Of a DNA stretch of 64,000 nt, positions 41,334-54,229 are shown in pieces. Where the stretch lies: assembly GCA_951406725.2 (NCBI GenBank), contig OX597823.1:40238001-40302000 (forward strand). The letters are read 5' to 3'. The notes under the pieces were generated by a model. That model saw only the letters and a list, made by a program, of their open reading frames with translations. It had not been told where the DNA came from and made no database searches. Position 1 is the first letter of the stretch. Each line of letters opens with the position of its first letter. Origin of the DNA: Octopus vulgaris. Lineage: Eukaryota. The position numbers were made by a program, and so were the translations under genes.

Positions 41334-41837
41334 TACATTCAGACATGCAAAACATGTATACACTATATGTAGGCATACATACAATCATACATATATGCAC
41401 AGGTATATATGCGTACATACAAACATACCTACCTATACACACACATGCATGTATGTATACATACCCAGATACGCACATACATGCATATGTGTTTTCCGTA
41501 CACTTAAGGATGATGGTAATATTAACATGAGGTGTACCTTCTGTTAAGCAATATACTACACAATCCATAGGAAAGACAGCTTATAAATATAGACAGTTAC
41601 TCCTGTTCTTGAATTACATAACACATTACATAACAACAAGTCTGATATAGTTATTTAGGATACAAGAGAAAGTTCTTGTGTAGTGAACATGATAATCGCA
41701 ATGCAAATGTGAAGGTTTCTAAAATCAGCAAGAAGTGAAATACTTATGTATAATTGCCTCTTGCCCTCCAGTCCTTCTACTCTAATTGAAATTTCTCATT
41801 TAAACAAAGGAATATTTATGTACTAGGTTATATTACT

Positions 41838-42165
41838 CTCAAAGACTCCGCCGGTTACGACGACGAGGGTCCCAGCTGATACGATCAACGGAACAGCTTG
41901 CTCGTGAAATTCACGTGCAAATGGCTGAGCATTTCACAGACACGTGTACCCTTAACGTAGTTCTCGGGGATAATCAGCGTGACACAGAGAGTGACAAGGC
42001 TGACCCTTTGAAATACAAGTACAACTCATTTTTGCCAGCTGAGCGGACTGGAGCAACGTGAAATAAAGTGTCTTGCTCAAGGACACAACGCGTCGCCGGG
42101 AATCGAACTCACAACCTTACGATCATGAGCCGAATGCCCTAACCACTAAGCCACGCGCCCTCACT
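41838..42165 (-). mobile_element. tRNA-derived SINE, head Y plus tail 2, with 12-bp TSD
   Basis: TSD GGTTATATTACT at 41826-41837 and 42166-42177; A-box GTGGCTTAGTGG and B-box GAGTTCGATTCC on the minus strand. Confidence 0.9.
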
Positions 42166-42252
42166 GGTTATATTACTAACTGGAAAAGTTAGGATATTCG
42201 GGCACAGAAAGTGACCTGCTTACAGGCAGCTCACAGATATAATCTGTTAGTG

Positions 42253-42641
42253 CAGTGGTAGTCAAATAGGGTTCATATAACCTCTAAGGGTCTTTATAAG
42301 ATTTTGGAGGAGGAGTCCACACGAGCAGAGTAGTAAATTCGATACCCACAGTAGTATACTAAGGTTCCGTAAATAAATTTTGCTTTTGTAAATATTTATT
42401 GCAAGGAGTTAGGTTTTCTTTCTCGAACGTTTTACACAGTTTAACATGTTTCTGGTCACTGAAACATGTTCTGTTAAAAAGGTGCTATTGCAAACCTACA
42501 CAAGTGGTCGTGTGAAAAACAAAATGGGAATTTTGAAAGAAGTCTCTATAAAACTATTTAACATCGAATGGCTATAGGAGTCCATCAAAATGACATAGTA
42601 ATCAAAGTGTTTCATAGATAAGAAATGGTTGAGAACTACTG
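42253..42641. mobile_element. hAT MITE (diverged)
   Basis: Imperfect TIRs CAGTGGTAGTCAA / TTGAGAACTACTG; 8-bp TSD TGTTAGTG / TGTTAATG. Confidence 0.75.
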
Positions 42642-42932
42642 TGTTAATGGAGCGATAAATTATCGCAGTCAATCAGTGAGGAACTTCTACGTCACGTGTT
42701 GAGTAACGTGATAAAGCAGTTGACATCGACAGCACGTTTTATAGAAATATTTTAACCAACCATAGTTTCTGATATAGGATTCGGCTACATTCGAATAGTG
42801 AGAAACAAAATGTAGTCCTATTCTGATTTTAAATGGAAAAAAAAAAATCAAATTCACATAAAGATTATCAATCTTACGACAGTTTCTTTTTTAGTCAAAT
42901 TAAATTTAAATCAATACTAATATTATTATTCA

Positions 42933-43038
<106 letters not shown>

Positions 43039-43553
43039 AACAGGTTTGAAATTTCAATAAAATTCTTTCTTTTTATTGTTCTTCTAACTTCATTTGAGTC
43101 GTAAATTTTGTAAAATGGAATTATTAAAAACATTTAATAATTCCAAGAGTAAGGGTTCAGCAAAAATAGATCGATAGAATAAGGACCACACATAAAATTA
43201 TGCACTGGGATCGATTTGATCGACTAAAATTGTAGAGGAGCTGCCCCAGCATGACCGCGTTGCAATTACCGAAGCAATTAAAAGAATAAAAGAAAAATAG
43301 AATTAAAAGACTGCAATAACATTTCTAATGTTGCAGTTCTTGATGATAATGATGATGAGGATGATGGTGATGACAACGACAACGATGACGACGAGGACGA
43401 CGATAATGATGTCGTAGACAATGATGTTGATGACGATGATGGTAATTTTGATGATGAAGTGGGAAAAAAACCAAAACTAACAAAGGTAGTAGTAGTAGGA
43501 GTAGTAGTAGTAGTAGTGTAGTAATAATAATAATAATGATGATAATAATAATA

Positions 43554-43612
<59 letters not shown>

Positions 43613-44652
43613 TTATTATGATTAATCAAAAGGATAATTGATGTAGGATACATGCAATAAAGTTGATTGAATTATATCGCAAATTATAACTGCTAGCTAG
43701 AAAGAGAGCTGATATATTAATATTTGGGATTGAATGAGGTTGATATTATACATCATACGTAAATGAGTTAGATTAACAAACAGATAAACAAATGAATGAA
43801 GAAATGGATTAATAAATAAAAGACAACTGATAAAATAATTCACATAAACACACTGGTCATCGCAGAAATTAAGTACAGCTTCATTGTAATAAATTAACAA
43901 TTAAGTAGGGACTAAGAAAGAGAAAATTATAGACATTATGACACTTTTTGGAATATAATACCTTCAACGTTAGCTACATGAAGAGAGCATACGCCTCATG
44001 TATTAAAAAACAGGATCCATGCATAAAAACATTCTCTGCAATGGAAACAGACGTCGAAAAAATTGGTATATTTCTATTTCTTTTTCTCTAGTGGTTCTTA
44101 TTGCTTTTACTTCTCTTTGATAAAGGGCATAATCCGAAACCTTCAGTTTTTATCTTCCTTTCATTAGGCGCAGAATTTTCATTGTGCACATTTATTTTCA
44201 AATTACATATTGATTATTTTATTATTTTATATTTCTTATTTACGGCCTTTCATACTGATGTTGGGGAGAGTCTGACCGGAAAACTGGCTCAAATGCTTCC
44301 AACAAAGTTTACTAACTCACACCTTAGCTGCATTTAGCAGAGTTTATTCTGCTGAAAATATTTGGGTAGAGCCTTCAATCTGGGGCAAAATTCTCCTCCC
44401 TCCCTCACAATGATATTGGAGGTGCTGTAAAAATTGAAGGTCATAAGTGGTAACATTTCTTGTGTGAATAAGCTGTATAAACACTCCTATCACACTCATA
44501 AGCACACGCATATTCTACGTAGAAGCTGGCGCACGAAATACATACACAGAGAACCTCTACCTATACCTCATGTACATGGAATTGATCGTATATTTATGGA
44601 ACAGACTCAACAAAATTTCGATCTCCTTTCTTCCTTTCTTTCTTTCTTTCGT

Positions 44653-44698
<46 letters not shown>

Positions 44699-45220
44699 TT
44701 CCTTCCTTTCTTTCTTTCTTTCTTTCTTTCTTTTACATATACATCACACTTTAAACCTGCAATTTAAACATACATCGTAATATTATGTGTGTGTGTGCGA
44801 GTGTGTGTGCGCGAGTGTGTGTGTGTGTGTGTGTATGTGTGTGTTGATGTCAAATGAATGTTATAAACTTGGAATATCTCGAAGCACAGTAAGAAACCTG
44901 CAAATAATACCAACCAAATATTGGGTTTAAAAAAATCCATCTTGATGTGGGTTCGTGTCCCACGGACAGCATACTAGAGCATTCAAGTCAACATTTACGT
45001 GCCATAGTTTATAGCTTTTATGTGTGTGTTTTGAGATATTCCAACCCGCCCCAAGAACACGCACACATATGTATATAGGTATATATATAGACAGATACAA
45101 AGATGTAGATAAAAATATACAAATATATATGTATATATATGTATATAAATACATGCATATATATATACGTATATGTATATTTTCGTCTATATCTTTCTAT
45201 CTATAGATATTAATTGCATA

Positions 45221-45285
<65 letters not shown>

Positions 45286-45965
45286 ACTGGTCTCGCAACA
45301 GTAATTAAGTCGTTGGTTCCTTACCAAATATTTTCTTCTCTGATATATTGAAACCGCCGACATCTCTCCAGTTATTGATTCTTAAATAGACAAGTGAAAT
45401 AAAATAGTTCATCTACGAAATGAAAGTTTGATGGTAATTAATTTTGTTATAGTTTAACTATTATCGTACAGTGTGCATTCATTAATAATCTCTCTCTCTC
45501 GCTTACACACGCACACACACGCACACACACACACACACACACACTAATATATATAATTTCTGTCACAAGGACACGTATAATTCGCAAATATCTATGTAAA
45601 TAATATATAGATATAGGTATATGTAGATATAGTCAATTCAAAAACACAGAGAAAAGGAAAAAAAAAATCAAACGTGAAGGAACGAAAAGAAAGTGCTTTT
45701 GGGGTCAAGAGAGTGTGAAGATGGTCGGAATACGCGCGCACATGTGTGTCGTAGTGTGTGTGTGTGCATGACAGTAACTGCGTGTGTGTGCGTGATAGCG
45801 TGTGTGTGGTATAGGAATAAAAAATAAAAATCGATACAAATAATTAAAAATATATATTAGTAAATTAAGAAAATAAATGGAAAGTATTATATATATGTAT
45901 ATTTTTTTTAAATAAAATTTATGAATAAATGAAAGAATGGAGTTGAACGACAAATTAACAAATTT

Positions 45966-46060
45966 CCTTTATTTTCGACATATGTTTCGAAGGCTGCATA
46001 TTCCTAATTGTGACGGAAAAAGGAGTACATTATGCCGCTTTCTCATCAGGAAAAACAAGG
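45966..46060 (-). ncRNA. Type I hammerhead ribozyme with long stem II
   Basis: CCUUguUUUUC-CUGAUGA-GAAAGCGGCAUA...UAUGCAGCCUUC-GAA-ACAUAUGU-C|GAAAAuaAAGG. Palindromic stem III, GUC triplet. Confidence 0.8.
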
Positions 46061-46244
46061 AATTTATGTCAACATCAAGATTCACAAAAACTTTTAGATG
46101 ACTGCTCTCACACAAATTTCCACACGAAAACACGTAGTCTCTGCCCTAGGCACGTAACTTCAACCGTGTTATTTCTGATGTGAATTTGCTACCCAGGTAT
46201 CGGTTAAACGAATTATCCATAAAAAGATATTTCATTTTTCTACT

Positions 46245-46277
<33 letters not shown>

Positions 46278-46279
<2 letters not shown>

Positions 46280-47005
46280 AATAGAAATATTAAAATAACT
46301 AAGTCTCTCTAAAAGAGAACAGCGGCAGCGTTCCCGGAAAATAATAGTTATCGCCATACTAATATGGCATTCTTATAAAAATAAGAAAAAAGCTGTCCGC
46401 TTATTAGCTCCATGAGGCCATCGCCTTAAGTTAGCTATTTGATACACAAACTGTATCCATATAACCTTCGAACAAGGGAGGTCAGTCGCTCCACACTACT
46501 TGACCGGCAGCTACAGACGCGTTTCGGGGTATTGCCCCTTTTCAATGCAGCGTAGCCAGCCAGTAGGTGTCGCTTCCGACAATCTCTGTTCGATGGTTTT
46601 ATTTACCTAGTTTCGGTGGAATACATCCACTTGTTTTCAATAATAGAAATATTAAAATAACTAAGTCTCTCTAAAAGAGAACAGCGGCAGCGTTCCCGGA
46701 AAATAATAGTTATCGCCATACTAATATGGCATTCTTATAAAAATAAGAAAAAAGCTGTCCGCTTATTAGCTCCATGAGGCCATCGCCTTAAGTTAGCTAT
46801 TTGATACACAAACTGTATCCATATAACCTTCGAACAATACTGCCGGTCAAGTAGTGTGAAGCGACTGACCTCCCTTGTTCGAAGGTTATATGGATACAGT
46901 TTGTGTATCAAATAGCTAACTTAAGGCGATGGCCTCATGGAGCTAATAAGCGGACAGCTTTTTTCTTATTTTTATAAGAATGCCATATTAGTATGGCGAT
47001 AACTA

Positions 47006-47006
<1 letters not shown>
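46278..47006 (-). mobile_element. Young non-coding Penelope/retrozyme-like module: 362-bp unit, 198-bp partial tandem copy and 167-bp inverted copy
   Basis: 46640-46837 repeats 46278-46475. 46840-47006 is the reverse complement of 46344-46510 (one mismatch seen). (TA)n on both sides. Confidence 0.85.
46506..46557 (-). ncRNA. Type I hammerhead ribozyme, U3-A8 core variant
   Basis: GCUGCA-UUGAAAA-GGGG(caaua)CCCC-GAA-ACGCGU-C|UGUAGC. 6-bp stem I, 4-bp stem II, palindromic stem III, GUC triplet. Confidence 0.85.
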
Positions 47007-47098
<92 letters not shown>

Positions 47099-47143
47099 AA
47101 ACAAGTCAAGATAGAAAATGCTAAAATAATTTTATAAAGAACA

Positions 47144-47187
47144 TTTCAGTACCGGTTTCGGTCATTTTGAGACTTTTTCAACTGTAA
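47144..47187 (-). ncRNA. Type I hammerhead ribozyme, U3-A8 core variant, within module ~47094-47462
   Basis: UUaCAG-UUGAAAA-aGUC(ucaaaau)GACc-GAA-ACCGGU-A|CUGaAA. Palindromic stem III, GUA triplet. Confidence 0.7.
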
Positions 47188-47456
47188 CGATTAAATAGTT
47201 AAATTTAGAAAAATTAAGTGGCATTTTCCTTGTTTCTGCCTTGTGGGTTCGAGGTCGTATTCTCCTGGTTTGCGGAATTAATGTTATTTTGCGGTTGAAG
47301 CTTTGGCTGTTATTTCTAGTGGGTGAATGGCCTATTATGGCCGTTCCTTGATTGTGATGTTGAACTTATAAATGGTCTATGACTATTTAATTTTTTCCCA
47401 CTAGGCCGCTGGTGGCAAAAAAATTCTACAAAATTTTTTTTGCCACCCTATATTGA

Positions 47457-47493
<37 letters not shown>

Positions 47494-47544
47494 CACATAT
47501 TCATATATATATATATATATATACATACATACACACACATATTC

Positions 47545-47575
<31 letters not shown>

Positions 47576-47576
<1 letters not shown>

Positions 47577-48810
47577 TGGGTCATCCCATAAATAATGTGT
47601 TTTTTTTCAATTGTATGAACTAAAATTCGGAAGGGGACGGGATAAGCTACCTGCATCAACTTGCAATAAAAGCAGGTTGTAATTTTACCTTGTACTAATT
47701 CTTAGTGCAAGCTTTGAAGAGTGCAGTTCGATTTTAACAGTTATTTTTTAAAAGCAATAAAATAGAAGTGACAAAGGAGCATATTGTTTTGTGTGTTCAA
47801 TAAAGTTAACAACGCAACGGTAAGTGCGAGGAATATTAATGCAATATATGGAGATCAGACAATAAGCGTAAGCCAGTGTCAACGGTGGTTCCAGAAATTC
47901 CGAGCCGAAAACTACAGCCTAGAAGACGAACCTCTTCCTAGAACATCTTTAGGGCTCGACGAAGACGTCCCGCAAACCCTGGTGGGACTTAATTCCATTG
48001 TGACTGTTGAGGAACTAGCAGAGAAGCTTGGATTTGGTCATTCAACCATTCATCAGCACCTTCTTGCTATCGGAAAAGTCAGAAAATTGGGTGAATGGCT
48101 TCCTCACAAATCTTTCGGAGTCTATTCGCGCGCCGCGCAGAGAGTGAATGTATGCTCTTCTTTGCTGTCACGTCTCACGAATGAATATTTTTTGAACCGA
48201 ATAATGATTGGTGACTAGAAATGGGTTCTGTATAAAAACGTCAAGCACCGAGGATAGTGGGTAGGGAAAGGAGAAACACCAGTACCTCAGGTTAAATAAG
48301 GCCTTCACCTACGTAAGGTGTTGTTATCTGTTTGGTGGGATATGAAAGGTTTAGTCCACTTTGAACTTTTAAACCCAAACCAAACAATAACAAAGATCTA
48401 CTGCGAGCAGCTTGAATAGCTTATATCAGCGCTAGAAGAAAAACGATCATCTTTGCTTTCAAGACGAAAGGTTTCCTTACATCAGAATAATGCTCGGCCA
48501 TATACAGCGTGAATGACATTCGAAATGCCGGTGCAGTTTGAATGGGAAACGATGTCACACCCACCATATTCACCGGACATTGCCTCATCTGATTACCATT
48601 TATTCTGCAGTCTTCAAAATAATTTGAACGGAAAAAATATGAATTCTGTAGATGAGGTCAGAACAGTACTGGAAGAGTATTTTTCGTCATGGACAAGTGA
48701 ATTTTGGAAGAGAGGCCTTGCAAGTCTACTAGACAGATGGAAGAGCTTTGTAGAAAATGAAGGAGAGTATGTTTTAGATTAAAAAAGAACTTTGTCTTAA
48801 TTTTGAAAAA
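47576..48810 (+). mobile_element. mariner (DD34D) element, near-complete transposase pseudogene (~47763-48782)
   Basis: TA|TTGGGTCATCCCATAAATAATG left TIR; QRWFQKFR...SLEDE, GEWLPH, IGD*KWVLY, HQNNARP and YSPDIASSDYHLF; multiple stops. Right TIR not clear. Confidence 0.9.
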
Positions 48811-48959
48811 TAATAGATAATAATAGAGTAATGGATATATTCATGACACACTATATCAATATTTGTGGTTCTGTATATATATGTATATATTTGTATATAT
48901 CCATACATATCTTTATGTATGTGTGTGTATGTATATATGTATACACACTTACATATATA

Positions 48960-49009
<50 letters not shown>

Positions 49010-49559
49010 TTGTGTGTGTGTGTATGTGTCTATGATTGGACGGCTAGGGCTCTTAGAACGGGTCTAGATATAATCAGCCTATTTTCTTTTAACGACCAAG
49101 GAGAAATAACCCATTCATTTTTCTTTATTTTACTCTTTTGCCCACTGGTCATTTCTTTCTCCATTTATTAGAGAAGCAATATCATTATATTGACTGCTTG
49201 GCAGTGGTTACATTGTATAAATACAGTGACTGCTTGATAGTGGCTACGTTGCATAAAAAAAAACTTTAGGGCTGCGTAAATTACATGAGTAGATCATTTC
49301 TAGAATTTGTTTAGGAATTTTTTGTTGAAAAGAGACGTACAAAACGCAAACATTCGTACCGGAAGTTGACGCATTTAAATAGCGGCTTAAATATAATGAA
49401 GTTGACTATTATTTATGCTGGACAGTATAATGCTTACTTTCTCTGTATAAATTTACTAAAACCATTAAATGGTTAACTACTGACGTTCATGCTGGTAATC
49501 ACGGTCCGGGCCATATTTTATATTGCTAGGAGTTTCTACCTATCGCAATAGAGCACCAT

Positions 49560-50472
49560 TGACATACATAGTGATATGGATATTCCTGGCTGAAAAAATG
49601 TAATGATATGGATAATCTTCATTGTATGATTTTTATTTTTGTCTCTTTATTTTTGTCTGCTTATTACTTAGCACAGTTTACGCCAATTTCGAACATTGGC
49701 TTCATTAACATTAAAATGCCTTCCGGCAGCTCTATTGCTACATTCAAATGCATATTCAACATATTTCAATCCTCCTTCGCATTAAACGATTCATAAGTTC
49801 TGCCCATAACTACAATAACGGTAATGACGAATTTTAAAGTTTGCTTGTCATTATATAAGTGTGGAAGGGATTAAAATATCGATACTCCATATCAAATGTT
49901 CCTACAAGAATAGGCGGAAAATCAGAACTTGAGTCAAGGAGACGCTTTCAACAAATCAGAGTTCTGTTTACATAATCAGTTTGATCGGTCACCTTCCCCT
50001 GTTGGTTGAGTAAAGTGTCATCCAAGCTGATGTTTATTGGTAATTGAACTTAATTTGTAGCGTTTTATCAGCTTTGTTTTTGTTGATAATTTTTATCAAC
50101 TACTTTTCCTGTGATCGTGATTTGAGAAGATATACAGCAGTATGTTTAAGATCGGACATAACCTCTTGCAGGCAAGAAATGTAAAATAAAGTTTATTATA
50201 AATAATACTCTTTGTAATTTAATAGCTTTCAATGTGATACCTATTAAACAGAAATTATTTTTATATAATGGTAATTTAATAAAATCTAATCATATGTAAG
50301 TGAAACTATACTAAATACAACTAAATTGAAGACCTTTTTCTCTTGGCTATATCGGCAATTCTGAATACTTTTGGCAGCGAATTTTACACGAGAAAGTTTT
50401 TTTAAACAAATTTTAACTTGCAAATCACCTGCGTAAATTACACAGGTGCACAAATTATATAGGTTTTTACGG
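49560..50472 (-). mobile_element. pogo-like transposon 5' relic with Brinker-type DNA-binding domain
   Basis: ~49675-49790 reads SFNAKE then LKYVEYAFECSNRAAGRHFNVNEANVRNWRK. Terminus TA|CCGTAAAAACC with subterminal TAATTT.(C/T)GCA repeats. Left boundary unclear. Confidence 0.7.
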
Positions 50473-51448
50473 TATTTGAACTGTTAGGATTATTTTCGCA
50501 CTTTACCCAGAACAAATAAATAGTATTTTCCTTAACAATAGATTCACATATTTCGGTTAGTAACGTATTCACCAATATACCATGAATGACGATGCCTTTC
50601 ATGTCACTTCAGCCAATTGACAGGCGCTGCATGAAGACTTACTTTGAATTGTTACTATTTCATATCCGATCTGCTGTTATTACGATTTTGATTTCCATAC
50701 CTTATTGGAATGTCTTCTTAAGTTCTCTATATTCATTAAAGCCCTTTCCAGGGTTTCTTTATTTGAATTGTTACTATCGGATAACTAAGTTGCATGTTAT
50801 TACGTGACTGACTTCACGATTCATAACTTATTGGGATTTCCTAAAAACAAGATCCTATATAAGACGGTTCGGTATTCTCTGTAAATACACAAAATCCGTT
50901 TTAAGGGCTACATATTTCGTATTGATGCAATTGGATTAGCGAAATAATTATGAGAATGGGACCAGGGATGAGACCCGCTTTTCCGGGAATTACCGGATCC
51001 GTCAGCTAATACACACACACGCGCGCGCGCGCACACACATATATCTGAGCTCGTGCTCGAGTATGTATGCCAGTGTACATGTGCACACGTGTCTAAGTAT
51101 TTATTCTTATTTTTGCTATTGTGTGTGTGTGTGTGTGTGTGTGTGTATTTATGTCCGAGTGTCTACTACCAAGGTGATTCCGTAGTTTGTATCAAAATCC
51201 ATTTTCCAATTACTGTCTTAAATAATTTTCTTCTTCTTATGCTGACGATGGTATTACACTCTTTAAGACGGCCCACCTCCTCCTCCCCCTCCTCATTATC
51301 ATCATCATCATCATGACCACTTCATCTTTCAATCATCATCATCGACTCCCCTTCTCTTTACCTGCCTCTCTCTCTCACCACCGCAAGACAATGTTTTGCA
51401 TGCATTCCAATTAAAATTGCATTGACTCCCCTGCTTAATAACACTTGC

Positions 51449-51501
<53 letters not shown>

Positions 51502-51679
51502 AAGCAAGAAAACAATAATCGAAGAAGCCCCCCCGCCTCAAAACCCCCCCAAAAATTCGTAATAAAAAGGTGCAACGTTTTTTAAAGTGTTAAGGTATTC
51601 TGTTTTTCGTTTTAATGGCCCTTTAATGAGAAAAATAATTAAAAATCTCATAATTACTTCTTTCTGAAAAACTATACTC

Positions 51680-51754
<75 letters not shown>

Positions 51755-51799
51755 GCGTTTGTTTTTCTGGTTTTTCTTTTTCGCTTTCCCTCTATTTTC

Positions 51800-52840
51800 T
51801 ATTTTCAACTTGAATTTACCATTCTGTTCCTTCTAGCATTTCTTTGCTCCTTCTTCCCCTTTGCTTCAGTTTTCTATACTTTTTATTTCTTCCCTTCATT
51901 TAATATATTCTTTCTTCATTTTTCGATCTTTCTCCCTTTTTCTAATTATTTTTCCACTTTTCTTACTATTATTCATTCATTTGTCCTGTTTTTCGTCCTC
52001 TTTTTTCTATTCTTTATGTCACTTTTTTGTGTTTTACTCATTCACTCATTCATTCTTTCTCTTTTTCTATTTTTCGTTCAATTTTCTTCCTTTTATCGAT
52101 TCCCTTTATCTTTTTCATTTTTTCTTTCTATTTTCCGTCACTTGTTCATTGCTTTAGTCTTGTCTTTCCATTTTGTCTCTTCTTTTTTCATTCCTTCTTT
52201 TCTTTTTGTTTCATTTTCCTATTTCTTTCTTTTTTGCTTTTTTTCCCCCTTTCGTTTCTTTCTGCTTTTCACTCGCTCTTTTCTGTCTTCTTTCAGCTTT
52301 TCGCTTTCTTTCTTTCATTTAGTTTACACGTTCTTTCTTTTTTCGACTTTTCTCTCTTTCATATTTTCATGCTTCATTTATTCATTCATTCATTTTTCAT
52401 TCATTCTTCCTTTATTTCTTTCACTCTTTCGAATTTTTTGCTTTATTTAAATCGTTATTTTTCAGTTTTCTTCCCTTATTCATTCATTCCTCTTTTATCT
52501 TCCTTTCGTTTTCTTCTGTCATTTATTCTTTACATTCTTCTTTCACCCTTTTCACTTTCTTTTACTCAATTTTTATCTTCCGATTATCAAAGTTTCTTTC
52601 TTCACCCTCGTTTGTTCATTTGTTTGTTTCGCGTTTTTTCTCTTTTCAATCTTTTTAATTTTCCTCCCTCTTCCCCCACAGTCATGTGTTTAATATTGGA
52701 TTTCTCACTTGCTGACAACATCCTATCATCTCTCCATTCTCCCCTCTTCTCCCCTCTCATCCTCACTCTAATTCTTCTCTCTACCAGTTCTCTCTCTCTC
52801 TTTCTCACACTTCTTTCATCCTTTTTACCCTTTCTCTTAC
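51800..52840. repeat. ~1-kb pyrimidine-rich low-complexity tract
   Basis: Strong T/C strand bias; explains the F/S/L-rich ORFs. Confidence 0.85.
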
Positions 52841-52932
52841 ACAAACAAATTAATAACGAAAATAGAAAACAAAATATTCAACTGCATTTTCCCTTAATTT
52901 CTCATATCCCACCTGAGCAGCAGGCTAATCAA

Positions 52933-52934
<2 letters not shown>

Positions 52935-53015
<81 letters not shown>

Positions 53016-53033
53016 AACAACAACAACAACTTC

Positions 53034-53104
<71 letters not shown>

Positions 53105-53166
53105 CAACAACAACAACAACAATAACAACAACAACAACTTCAATAATAATAATAATAATAATAATG

Positions 53167-53231
<65 letters not shown>

Positions 53232-53310
53232 AACAACAACAACAACAACAACAACAACAGCAACAACAACAACAACAGCAACAAGAATAAGAACAGCAAT
53301 AATAATAAAT
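52935..53310. repeat. Compound (AAT)n/(AAC)n/(AAG)n array with internal higher-order duplication
   Basis: The pattern (AAC)n-AAT-(AAC)n-TTC-(AAT)n-GAT-(AAT)n occurs twice. Confidence 0.9.
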
Positions 53311-54229
53311 AAATAAAGGAAAATAAAAGTAAAAGAATTGCCATATCTTGCGAGAAGAGAATTTCGTAATTCAAGAACTGTCCTTGGGAAAAAAACTGTT
53401 GACGCTTCACTTTTTTCTTACTTTATTGATTCCTGATTTCGAAGGAATTCTTCTCCAAGTCCGTCAGGACCACTCATGTTCTAGATTCAGAGTATGTATG
53501 TAAATGTGAGTGCGTTCTCGGTGGAGGCTACAAAGCAGCCGAATTCGAAGTTAAGGATAAAATGTAGCGCAGTGGATAAGTAGAATCAGTGGAGCTACAG
53601 AACAAATTCCTTGCGGTTCTTTTATGTAATCTGAGTTCAAATCCTGTTGAAGTGATTTGCGTAATTCCCGGGGTGATAAAATACAGTAGGTACTAGTCAA
53701 GTATTGACGATAACCTCCACACAAATATTGAGGCCTTGTGAGACAAGTTCAAACTACTGTTATAAAATATAGCGGAGCAACGAGGTAGAATAAAAGACGG
53801 AAACCTAGGTTTGCTGAAACTACGAATTGGGTTCAATTCCTGGGATCTCGACCAAATTTTTAGTTCAGTAATATTAGAAATTACTCTAAGCAGCGAGTTG
53901 GTTAGAATCGTGAGTGCCTTCCAAAGTATTTTTATAGGTTTATTCTAAACCTGGATGTTTGTTTTCAGACTTTTATTTAGACCTTGTTTCATACGATCAG
54001 AGTGATATAAAGCTTTCCTAAGCCCCAAGGTACTCTGGTGGTTGGACAAAAACGGGAATGTGAATCATATATGATATATGCTGCATGGACACCAAAGATT
54101 TGCCTATCCTGTCTATCACATGTGATACACAGGATAAGCAAAAGTTTAGTGTATAGAGCAGCAACACGATAGAGGAAGGGATGGGACCTTACGTTAACTG
54201 AAACTACACTCTGTGTTCAATTTTATACC

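Noticed and set aside
44113-44146. Plus-strand UUGAUAA-aGGG(cauaa)UCC-GAAACCUUC motif
   Set aside because: Stem III is unpaired and stem I has 2 bp; used only as weak supporting context.
52027-52935. 302-aa hydrophobic ORF, the longest in the window
   Set aside because: Stop-poor pyrimidine tract with no recognisable domain.
53445-53491. Possible 47-nt exon (AG...GTATGT)
   Set aside because: Splice-like signals alone are not enough; no recognisable peptide or partner exons.
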